Origin: Chlamydiota bacterium
Lineage (GTDB): Bacteria > Auribacterota > Tritonobacteria > UBA1439
Assembly: GCA_037133055.1 (NCBI GenBank)
Contig: JBAXOY010000083.1
Span: 1 to 14,319 of the forward strand
Length of the DNA stretch: 14,319 nucleotides
Direction: 5' to 3'
The notes under the pieces were generated by a model. The model was not told the origin of the DNA. It saw nothing but the letters and a program-made list of their open reading frames with translations, and made no database searches. Every line of letters begins with the position of its first letter. The stretch's first letter is position 1. The translations under genes and the position numbers were made by a program. Shown here piece after piece: positions 1 through 7,325 of the stretch.

Positions 1-306
1 CACCTGGCGGTCGTCGGAAAGGCCCGCCAGGCCGTCCTCCCCCCACCGGTACGCGCGCGACCGCGCCTGATCGTGGGGGAAGTAGTCCCAGGCGGAGCCG
101 TCCTGGCTGTAGTCCTCACGGACCGTGCCCCACTGGCGCTCGCTCAGATAGGGACCCCATTTCTTCCACGGGGTTCCCGCCTCGCGCGCCTCATTCAGCC
201 TCTTCTGCTCCACGGTCACGGCGATTTCCTCCCCCGCCGCGGTTTTTCTTTCTTCTTTTCCCGCGGGACCCTTTGCCGCGCGACCCTCTGCGTGTGTGCG
301 TTTCAT
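1..306 (-). CDS. MGH1-like / GH63-related glycoside hydrolase (glucosidase), N-terminal part; runs off the left edge
   Basis: Not in the ORF track. ATG at 306-304 overlaps the TGA of the upstream symporter (ATGA). The frame is open to base 1: MKRTHAEG...[88 protein letters not shown] and [15 protein letters not shown] are the characteristic N-terminal motifs of this family. Confidence 0.9.
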   Translation of the reverse strand, partial: MKRTHAEGRAAKGPAGKEERKTAAGEEIAVTVEQKRLNEAREAGTPWKKWGPYLSERQWGTVREDYSQDGSAWDYFPHDQARSRAYRWGEDGLAGLSDDRQV

Positions 307-1148
307 GGCGTGTGTCTCCTTGTTCCCAACTTGATCGCCACGGGTAGCTGAATGAATAGCCCCAGGAGCGTCACTATGAGCAGCATGACGATCACCATGG
401 GCTCCGAAAAATTCCGGGAGGCGACCAGCATCGCGGCCGCGATGTTCCGCTGGCCTGTCGCCAGCCCGAGCACCCGCTTCGTATCGTTGCCGGGCCCCCC
501 AAGGAGGTACCCCAGCAGGAACGCCCCGACCATGAAAATCGCTCCGGCGAGAATTGCGCCGCTGCCGATCACGCTGAGAATGTTCTTGAAGTGGACCGTC
601 AGGATCAGCGCCAGCACCACGATCATGCTGTATCGTGTTGCGTTATCCGCGATCTTCCGGAGGATTTCGGCCACGGCCTCGCTGCGGGCTCTGATCAACA
701 GGCCGATGCCCAGCGGAAGGAGCATCAGCAGGATGAGATTTTTCGCGATCTCCCAGGGGCTGACCGCTGTGCCCGGAAGCAACAGCGGCAGGACGACAGG
801 CATGTAGATCACCGTGACGACCATGAGGACGATCATCAATCCTACCGAAAATGCGACGTTCCCTTTGGCAATCCGGGCCAGCACGGGCAGGAACGGCGCT
901 CCGCCGGCCGTGGATAACAGGATCAGGCCGACCCTCAGGGGCCTGTCCAGCGGAATCGCGAGGAGAATGAGCCAGGCCAGCAGCGGCACGAGGATGAAGT
1001 TGGCGACCAGCGCCAGGGCCACAAGCCGGGCGTTGCGCAGGGGTTGGAGTATCTCCCGTACGGTCAGGAGCAGCCCCGCGCCCAGCATGCTGCCGACCAC
1101 GAAGACGAGGAGTGCACTATTGGCGATGGCCTTGACGATTTCGCTCAT
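303..1148 (-). CDS. Bile acid:sodium symporter (BASS/SBF) family transporter
   Basis: About 9 hydrophobic helices; motifs [53 protein letters not shown]. The ATG at 1148 (MSEIVKA) is preferred over the track's start at 1169. Confidence 0.88.
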   Translation of the reverse strand: MSEIVKAIANSALLVFVVGSMLGAGLLLTVREILQPLRNARLVALALVANFILVPLLAWLILLAIPLDRPLRVGLILLSTAGGAPFLPVLARIAKGNVAFSVGLMIVLMVVTVIYMPVVLPLLLPGTAVSPWEIAKNLILLMLLPLGIGLLIRARSEAVAEILRKIADNATRYSMIVVLALILTVHFKNILSVIGSGAILAGAIFMVGAFLLGYLLGGPGNDTKRVLGLATGQRNIAAAMLVASRNFSEPMVIVMLLIVTLLGLFIQLPVAIKLGTRRHTP

Positions 1149-1220
1149 GCCTTGCCCTGACGCGTGCATCCAGCTTCAGATGACTCGTTCTCAGACGGCC
1201 AAAACCAGGACGGAAAAAGT

Positions 1221-1248
1221 GTTATACGTCTTTGTTGCATGATATCAG
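1221..1248 (-). promoter_or_regulatory. Possible sigma70-type promoter for the BASS-glycosidase unit
   Basis: Minus-strand CTGATA-N16-TATAAC in the AT-rich divergent intergenic region 1149-1395; pattern match only. Confidence 0.25.
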
Positions 1249-1395
1249 AAACGAATATACTCATCAATTACTTGGCGGAGTACGGGCCCTTTTCATTGTG
1301 GCTTTCCATCGCGGACACGGTTAGAATTCTTCCTGGCCCCCCTGCCCGAAACCGATATATGTAATTAACGTGTCTTCCACATCAAAGGAGGCCGT

Positions 1396-2220
1396 ATGAG
1401 AACCGTCGTAATCGCACACGCGCTGCTGGCCGCCGCGCTCGCGCTCCCCCTCGCATGGGGGCAGCAGGCGGATTCCACCGGGCACCTTGCCGCCTCCGCA
1501 CAGGCCCCCGGAGAACGGACGCTTCGCATCATCACGAGTTTCACGTCACCCCCGTTCTCGTTCAAGAAAGGGCTGAAGGAAGAGGGGTTCGATATCGACC
1601 TCGGCGAGGCGGTCGGGAAGGAGCTCGGCGCGAAGGTCGAGTGGGTGAGGATGACGTTCGACGTCCCCGCCTACGCCAAGGCGCTGGACGAGGGCAGGGC
1701 AGACGCCGCCATGGCGGGCATCACCATCACCGACGGGCGCAGGAAGCTGGTCGCGTTCACGAGGCCCTATTTCCGCACCGGGCTCGCCGTCGCGGTGAAG
1801 GACACTATGGAGTGGGATCACGAGTCGTTCGCCCGGAAACTCAAGGGCTGGTCCGTGGGCGTGATGCGGGGCACCACCGGCGAGAAGTGGGCGCGGGCGA
1901 ACCTGGACGCGAAAATAGAGACGTATCCATCTCTCGATTCGCTCATCACCGCCATCAGAAATTCCAAGATACCCCGCGGCGCCGTCAAGGAGGGCTTCTG
2001 CGCCATTCACGATCAGGCCGTCCTCATGTGGGCTCACCTACGATATGGAAGCGGATTCAGAGTCGCGGAGTACGGCATCACCAGGGAGGACTACGGTATC
2101 GCCGTGAGGAAGGATAACGCGAAGCTGCTCGAAGATTTCAACGCCGCGCTCGAGAAGCTCGACAGGGAAAAGGTCTGCGATAAAATCAGGGAGAAGTGGT
2201 ACGGCAGGATGCTGGACTAG
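1396..2220 (+). CDS. Polar amino-acid-type extracellular solute-binding protein (family 3), orphan
   Basis: AAGGAGG SD before the ATG; signal peptide (ALLAAALALPLAWG); motifs PPFSF, GFDIDLGEAV, GITITDGR, FTRPYF, VGVMRGTTGE, YGIAVRKDN..LL..FN.AL, IREKWYG. Confidence 0.9.
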   Translation: MRTVVIAHALLAAALALPLAWGQQADSTGHLAASAQAPGERTLRIITSFTSPPFSFKKGLKEEGFDIDLGEAVGKELGAKVEWVRMTFDVPAYAKALDEGRADAAMAGITITDGRRKLVAFTRPYFRTGLAVAVKDTMEWDHESFARKLKGWSVGVMRGTTGEKWARANLDAKIETYPSLDSLITAIRNSKIPRGAVKEGFCAIHDQAVLMWAHLRYGSGFRVAEYGITREDYGIAVRKDNAKLLEDFNAALEKLDREKVCDKIREKWYGRMLD

Positions 2221-2495
2221 GAGCCTGTCCGAGTAATGGGCTCTGTCGCGCCGCCTGTCGGGTGCGAGCGGATCAAGGCGCAAGGCCGAAGGCGTACTCA
2301 GCGCCGTACGCCGAGGCCGGAGCAACGCCGAGCCGCGACGTAACCGGCGGCGGCCCGGAGGGTTTCGGCGGCGGGCAGCCGTCTGCGGCGTTACGGCTTC
2401 CTCGACGATGGGCAGGACATCGCCTTCGTCGCCGTGCCTTGCATCCGGCCGCCCGGCGCTCGAAACGCGTCGAGATCCACTACTCGGACAGGCTC
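2221..2495. mobile_element. 275-bp MITE (non-autonomous IS-like element) with 19-bp terminal inverted repeats and CTAG target duplication
   Basis: Left end GAGCCTGTCCGAGTAATGG (2221-2239) and reverse complement of the right end (2477-2495) GAGCCTGTCCGAGTAGTGG match at 18/19. CTAG lies directly outside both ends (2217-2220, 2496-2499). No transposase ORF inside. Confidence 0.85.
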
Positions 2496-2527
2496 CTAGG
2501 CATGTCGGCAGTGGAAAGGAGGGTGAG

Positions 2528-2779
2528 ATGCAGAAGCTGAGCGTGAAGGCTGTGGCGATCGCATCAGGTACGACGTGGGCGATCGCAATTCTTCTTGCCG
2601 GGTGGGCTGCGGCAATCGGCCGGGGCAGCCAGTTCGTGGACGTGTTCGATTCCTACTACATCGGGTACGGCCCCACGTTCCTGGGCGGCATCATCGGAGG
2701 GGTGTGGGCGTTCTTCGACAAGCTGATCGCCGGGGCGATATTCGCCCTCATTTACAACAAGGTGTGCGATCAGCGCTGA
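2528..2779 (+). CDS. Small (83 aa) membrane protein, holin-like in size and topology; function unknown
   Basis: GGAAAGGAGG SD then ATG at 2528: MQKLSVKAVAIASGTTWAIAILLAGWAAA...YYIGYGPTFLGGIIGGVWAFFDKLIAGAIFALIYN; 2-3 hydrophobic segments. The track's start at 2408 lies inside the MITE and is unlikely. Confidence 0.75.
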   Translation: MQKLSVKAVAIASGTTWAIAILLAGWAAAIGRGSQFVDVFDSYYIGYGPTFLGGIIGGVWAFFDKLIAGAIFALIYNKVCDQR

Positions 2780-2899
2780 GACGCCTCACCGGAAATCCTC
2801 CGTCAACAGCACTCTCCCCGATCGGGGATTCCTCCTTCTCCTTGGCGATCTTCGTGTACTCAAACCAGGAGCTCGCCCACTGGAAGGCGATGAGGTTCG

Positions 2900-4252
2900 T
2901 TAGGTAGAGGCGGGCTTTGCCGCCGGCTCTTCCAGCCGCACCAGCAGCCATTGCTGGGTCTGGCCGTCCGCGAAGTGGACCAGCACCGGCGCGGTGTCCT
3001 TGGTCAGGTTGGCCACGCCGCATTCCATTATCGGCCAGGTCTTGCCGGTCGCCGTCCACGCCGCGCGCTGCGACTTCCTGTCGGCCATGCCCTCGACGGT
3101 CTTCGTGCTGTCGGTGGCCCCGTTGTAAAACATGCCGCTGATGACCCCCTCCTTGCTGATGGCCAGTTGCAGAAACAGATATGGATCGGGACCGGATGCC
3201 TGGCCGTCCTGCGTCAGGGCAAACACGCCCAGCGGCATCCACTCGGCCGTGTCGGGGGCGACCTCCGGAGCGCTGCCGGCGATCTGTTCGGCCTGCTGCG
3301 TGTACTCCTCGTCCGATGCGACGACCTGATCCCCGGAATAGACCGAATCGCCCGCGTAGTACACGCTTTCCCCGTACGCATAGGGGATGGGCTCGCTCCA
3401 ACTGTTGCCGACCCAGCCGGTCAGTGCGCCCCACGTGGCCCAACGGTAGGGACTTGTGATGCGCCAGGAAGCCCAGCCGGGATGATCCGACCAGAAGTCG
3501 AGCCGGGGATAATCTGCCAGGGCCTGACTGCGTACTTCGTCGCGCCGCTCGACTCGGTTAGCATTCAGTTGCTGGCGGTTCTCGATGCGGGCGGGTTGCC
3601 TGGCCGAGATGTCGCTGAGCCGATCCGGGCGATTCTCGGCACGATCGGCGAGAGTTCCCGCCGCGTCGGCGCGGCTTTCGACCCGCCCCGCTGCGGGCCG
3701 ATTCCCGGAACCGGCCAGTTGACCTTCCAGCGGACGGCCTCCGGCGCTTCGATTGCCCAGAAACTCGGATGCAGCGCCGCCGGCGACCCCCGCTCCGGCC
3801 GCCGCACCCCAATTCGAGCCGCCGGTCCGCGAACCGGCGCCCGCTCCGCCCATCGCCCCCGAGGACGGCCGGGGCACGTTCAGGAAATTCTGCATCTCGC
3901 CGCCCGACGGCCGGGCCCCCGCCCCTGGGCGGCTTCCCGAGTAGAAGCGATCGGCAAACCCCGTCGAGGGCCGGCTGAAGGACGACGACGAGCGACTGAC
4001 CGAAGGCGAACGACCCGCGGCAGAACTCGGGCGGCTCATACTGCCGCCACCATATGAGCCGCCGCCACGCGAGACGCTTCCACCACGGGACCCGCCGCCA
4101 CCGTACGAGCCGCCGCCACCACGCGAACCGCCGCCACCGCGCGATCCTCCTCCTCCGCCGCGACCTCCTCCTCCACCGCGGGCCGACACATCACCGACCG
4201 TCAACAGGAATATCGCCAACGCGAACATGCCGACGTGCATCACCGTTTTCAT
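2900..4252 (-). CDS. Secreted protein with Gly/Arg/Ser-rich low-complexity N-terminus and conserved globular C-terminal domain (resembles planctomycete 'protocadherin-like' hypothetical proteins)
   Basis: Signal peptide (MKTVMHVGMFALAIFLLTVGDVSA); RGGGG repeats; Trp/Tyr-rich middle; C-terminal EWMPLGVFAL..FLQLAISKEGVISG..N..GM.D..SQRAAW....L.HF.DG.TQQWLLVRL. AGGAG SD upstream. The family name is recalled, not searched. Confidence 0.75.
   Translation of the reverse strand: MKTVMHVGMFALAIFLLTVGDVSARGGGGGRGGGGGSRGGGGSRGGGGSYGGGGSRGGSVSRGGGSYGGGSMSRPSSAAGRSPSVSRSSSSFSRPSTGFADRFYSGSRPGAGARPSGGEMQNFLNVPRPSSGAMGGAGAGSRTGGSNWGAAAGAGVAGGAASEFLGNRSAGGRPLEGQLAGSGNRPAAGRVESRADAAGTLADRAENRPDRLSDISARQPARIENRQQLNANRVERRDEVRSQALADYPRLDFWSDHPGWASWRITSPYRWATWGALTGWVGNSWSEPIPYAYGESVYYAGDSVYSGDQVVASDEEYTQQAEQIAGSAPEVAPDTAEWMPLGVFALTQDGQASGPDPYLFLQLAISKEGVISGMFYNGATDSTKTVEGMADRKSQRAAWTATGKTWPIMECGVANLTKDTAPVLVHFADGQTQQWLLVRLEEPAAKPAST
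4040..4180 (-). repeat. Gly-rich coding tandem repeat (S-R/Y-GGGG units, ~18-nt period)
   Basis: Encodes RGGGGGRGGGGGSRGGGGSRGGGGSYGGGGSRGGSVSRGGGSYGGGS; ccgccgccacc recurs on the + strand. Confidence 0.85.
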
Positions 4253-4333
4253 GACTGGATCCTCTCCTGATTCAGGGGCCTTGTGCGTCGCGATCGCATC
4301 TACAGCGTGAGCGAATCGCTTCCCGCCGTGCGA

Positions 4334-5224
4334 TCACTGCTTCGTGATCTTGACCTCCTCGATATCCGGCAACAGCTCGCCGTCCTCCGTGCGGTTCACG
4401 GACTGCAACGTGCACGTGGCGTCATCCACGCAGGTGATGATGTTCACGGCCGAGGACTTCTTCCCGTCGGACAGGACTCCGCTCTGCTGGATGTACCAGC
4501 GATTGCCCTTCTTCTTCCACGTCCCCTGGCCGAAGCTTCCGTCCGAGTCGAAGACCCAGGAGCGAATCTGTTTGGCCGCCGGATCCCAGCCGATTATCTG
4601 CATCCCGGCCATGTCGATGCGGTCGCGGATCTGGACGGTGAAGAAACGTATCAGGAAGTTGTTGTTCCGCGTCCAGTCGCATTCGGTGACCACCGTCGCC
4701 TCGTCGTCCTGATCGACCCAGCGTCCGGTCATCCATTCCAGGCATTTCAGTTGCTCGTAGTGAGAGGGGACGACGGGCGCCTCCTTCTCGGTCACGCGGT
4801 CCAGCAGCCATTGCTTCTCATGTTTGACGTAGACGGCGGTGTACTCGGTTTCCTCCGGCGCCTGGTCCGGGAGCGTAACCCTGGCCGTTCCGTATTCGAC
4901 GGCGACGCTCGGCGAGATGAACTGGATGCTGTCCGTCTTCGCCTCAAGCCTTACGCCCTTCGCGTCGGCAAAGATGCCGGCGAACTCCTTTTCGATCGCC
5001 TCGCGGCCGACGGCCTGCTCTTCGCTGAGCGGATTCGTGTAGACGGCTGCGGATGACCACAGGGCCGCCAGTGCCCCCGCGTCACCCTTGTTGTACGCGG
5101 CGACGTACGACTCCACGGCCTTGCGGATCACCGCCTCATCGGCGGCCCGGCGATCGGCTTCGGCCCCGGCGGCCGGCGCCAGACCCCACACCACCAGCGC
5201 GGCGGTCAGCAACATGCGTTTCAT
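4334..5224 (-). CDS. Secreted NTF2-like (SgcJ/EcaC, YybH/DUF4440-type) protein with an additional C-terminal beta-rich domain
   Basis: AAGGAGG SD; signal peptide; DEAVIRKAVESYVAAYNKGDAGALAALW..GREAIEKEFA..IQFISPSVAVEYG..YTAVYVK....W; second domain L..LEWM.G.W...MQIIGWDPAAKQIRSWVFDSDGSFGQG.W. Confidence 0.82.
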   Translation of the reverse strand: MKRMLLTAALVVWGLAPAAGAEADRRAADEAVIRKAVESYVAAYNKGDAGALAALWSSAAVYTNPLSEEQAVGREAIEKEFAGIFADAKGVRLEAKTDSIQFISPSVAVEYGTARVTLPDQAPEETEYTAVYVKHEKQWLLDRVTEKEAPVVPSHYEQLKCLEWMTGRWVDQDDEATVVTECDWTRNNNFLIRFFTVQIRDRIDMAGMQIIGWDPAAKQIRSWVFDSDGSFGQGTWKKKGNRWYIQQSGVLSDGKKSSAVNIITCVDDATCTLQSVNRTEDGELLPDIEEVKITKQ

Positions 5225-5335
5225 CTGTTCCTCCTTCCTGTTGGATCCTACTTTTTCCCCGCCAGCTCGTTCGCGACGGCCACAACCTGGTACGGTTCGA
5301 ACCCAATTCTTTCCGGATATTGTTCCCCGCGCACG

Positions 5336-6970
5336 CTACTTGTGCGCCCGAAGACGCCGGATCAGCGCATTGGTCGAGCTGTCGTGGCCGAGCTTCGGCG
5401 CGGACGGGCTTTCCAGCTCGGGGATGATCCTCTGGGCGAGCACCTTGCCCAGCTCGACGCCCCACTGATCGAAAGAATCGATGTCCCAGATCGCGCCTTG
5501 CGTGAAAACGCTGTGCTCGTAGAGCGCCACCAGCTTCCCGAGCGCCTCCGGCGTCAGCTTCTCCGCGATGATCGTATTCGTCGGCCGATTGCCCTCGAAT
5601 ACCCGGTGCGGCGCGAGCCGGTCCGGCGTGCCTTCGGCCTTGACCTCCTGAAGGGTTTTGCCGAACGCCAGCGCTTCCGTCTGGGCGCAGACGTTGGCGA
5701 GCAGAATGTCGTGGTGCCGGCCGATCGGGTTCAGCGTCCTGCCAAAAGCGATGAAGTCGCAGGGAATCATGCGCGTCCCCTGGTGAATCAACTGGTAGAA
5801 GGAATGCTGGCCGTTGGTCCCCGGCTCGCCCCAGTAGATCGGGCCCGTGTCATAGGCAACCGGCGCGCCCTCCAGCGTGACGTGCTTTCCGTTGCTTTCC
5901 ATCGTCAGTTGCTGCAGATAGGCGGGGAAGCGCTTCAGGTACTGGTCATACGGCAGGACGGCGACGGTCTGCGCTCCGAAGAAGTTGCTGTACCAGACCG
6001 ACAGAAGCCCCATGAGCACCGGCAGATTCTTTTCGAAGGGCGCCGTGCGGAAGTGTTCGTCCATCTGATGGAAGCCGTCGAGAAGCGCGCGGAAGTTCCG
6101 CCGCCCGACGGCGAGCATCGTTGAAAGACCGATCGCCGAATCCATCGAGTAGCGGCCGCCGACCCAGTCCCAGAAGCCGAACATGTTCGCCGTATCGATG
6201 CCGAACTCCGCCACTTCTTTCGCGTTGGTGGATACGGCGACGAAATGCTTCGCGACCGACTTCTCGTCGCCTCCCAGTCCCCGGACCGACCAGTCGCGCG
6301 CCGTCCGGGCGTTGGTCATCGTCTCCATCGTGGTGAAGGTCTTCGAGGAGACGATGAAAAGCGTCTCCGACGGGTCGAGATCGCGCACGGCTTCGGCGAA
6401 ATCGGTGCCGTCGACGTTCGACACGAAGCGGAAGGTCATGGAGCGCTCGCTGTAATGCCGGAGCGCCTCGTACGCCATGACCGGGCCGAGATCCGAGCCG
6501 CCGATGCCGATATTGACGATGTTCCGGATGCGCCTGCCGGTGTGCCCCTTCCACACGCCGTTTCGCACGCGATCCGAAAAGTCGCCCATTGTGTCGAGCA
6601 CGGCATGCACCCGGGGCACCACGTTCACGCCGTCAACCAGGATCGACGCGTCGCGCGGCGCGCGCAGCGCGATGTGCAGGACCGCCCGATCTTCGGTGCG
6701 GTTGATCTTCTCGCCCCGGAACATCGCGTCGATGCGCGCCCTGAGCCCCGACTCAACCGCCAGATTCACCAGGAGCTTCAGGGTCTCGGAGGTCACCAGG
6801 TTCTTCGAGTAATCCAGGTAGAGGCCGATCGCATCGAGCGTCATCCGCTCGCCCCGCTTCGGGTCCGCCGCGAAGAGCTTCCGCAGATGCAGCGCGCTGA
6901 TTTTCCTGTAATGGGCTTTGAGCGACTTCCAGGCCTTGCGCCGGGGAAGCGGGATTGTCTTGGTTTTCAT
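5336..6970 (-). CDS. pgi: Glucose-6-phosphate isomerase
   Basis: [88 protein letters not shown]. The start is ATG 6970 (MKTKTIPL, 544 aa), not the track's 7102. Confidence 0.97.
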   Translation of the reverse strand: MKTKTIPLPRRKAWKSLKAHYRKISALHLRKLFAADPKRGERMTLDAIGLYLDYSKNLVTSETLKLLVNLAVESGLRARIDAMFRGEKINRTEDRAVLHIALRAPRDASILVDGVNVVPRVHAVLDTMGDFSDRVRNGVWKGHTGRRIRNIVNIGIGGSDLGPVMAYEALRHYSERSMTFRFVSNVDGTDFAEAVRDLDPSETLFIVSSKTFTTMETMTNARTARDWSVRGLGGDEKSVAKHFVAVSTNAKEVAEFGIDTANMFGFWDWVGGRYSMDSAIGLSTMLAVGRRNFRALLDGFHQMDEHFRTAPFEKNLPVLMGLLSVWYSNFFGAQTVAVLPYDQYLKRFPAYLQQLTMESNGKHVTLEGAPVAYDTGPIYWGEPGTNGQHSFYQLIHQGTRMIPCDFIAFGRTLNPIGRHHDILLANVCAQTEALAFGKTLQEVKAEGTPDRLAPHRVFEGNRPTNTIIAEKLTPEALGKLVALYEHSVFTQGAIWDIDSFDQWGVELGKVLAQRIIPELESPSAPKLGHDSSTNALIRRLRAHK

Positions 6971-7257
6971 AGGATGACGAAGACTCCTTTCTTGGCCCGG
7001 TTGAACTGATCTTTTTTCCGCGCGGCGATCCGCTTTGAATCCCACCCATCCAAGAGGCGAAAGCCTCCGATAAAGGCGTCGGCGTTGTCTCCCGAGCGGC
7101 ATCCGGGAGGCGATTTCTTCAGGCGTATCACGTTGCCGCCCCCGATGACGACATCGGTGGGCTCGAGCGCGCGGTTGAGCACCAAAGAGCCGCCGAGACC
7201 TGTCCCCGGGCCGAGGAAAAGCATCTTCCCCTTTTTGTAGCTGCCGCGCGCCTTCAC
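6967..7257 (-). pseudogene. Remnant of a ROK-family / polyphosphate-glucokinase-like sugar kinase (N-terminal half missing, internal deletion)
   Basis: The frame reads [68 protein letters not shown], matching the GSY.GG.MLFLG.GTGLG, V.GGGN and G.NA.AF.GGFRL motifs of this kinase family. No N-terminal D.GG phosphate motif and no MELGHLPY segment. The stop overlaps the pgi ATG (ATGA). Confidence 0.8.
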
Positions 7258-7325
7258 ATTCGAGGGAAGCACGCGCTCCCTGTACTCCGGCGGCTGGTGC
7301 TCGAAAATATACGCCGTCTCTGGTG

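Noticed and set aside
2038..2540. ORFs 2038-2325, 2196-2540 and the 2408 extension as transposase fragments
   Set aside because: No DDE or HTH motifs; they are chance frames across the palindromic MITE.
2528..2779. Holin as evidence of a prophage
   Set aside because: No endolysin, structural, terminase or integrase gene in the window; only size and topology are holin-like.
2951..7009. Plus-strand ORFs 2951-4057, 4283-5056, 5342-6124 and 6245-7009
   Set aside because: Antisense to well-supported minus-strand genes; Arg/Gly/Pro-skewed composition.
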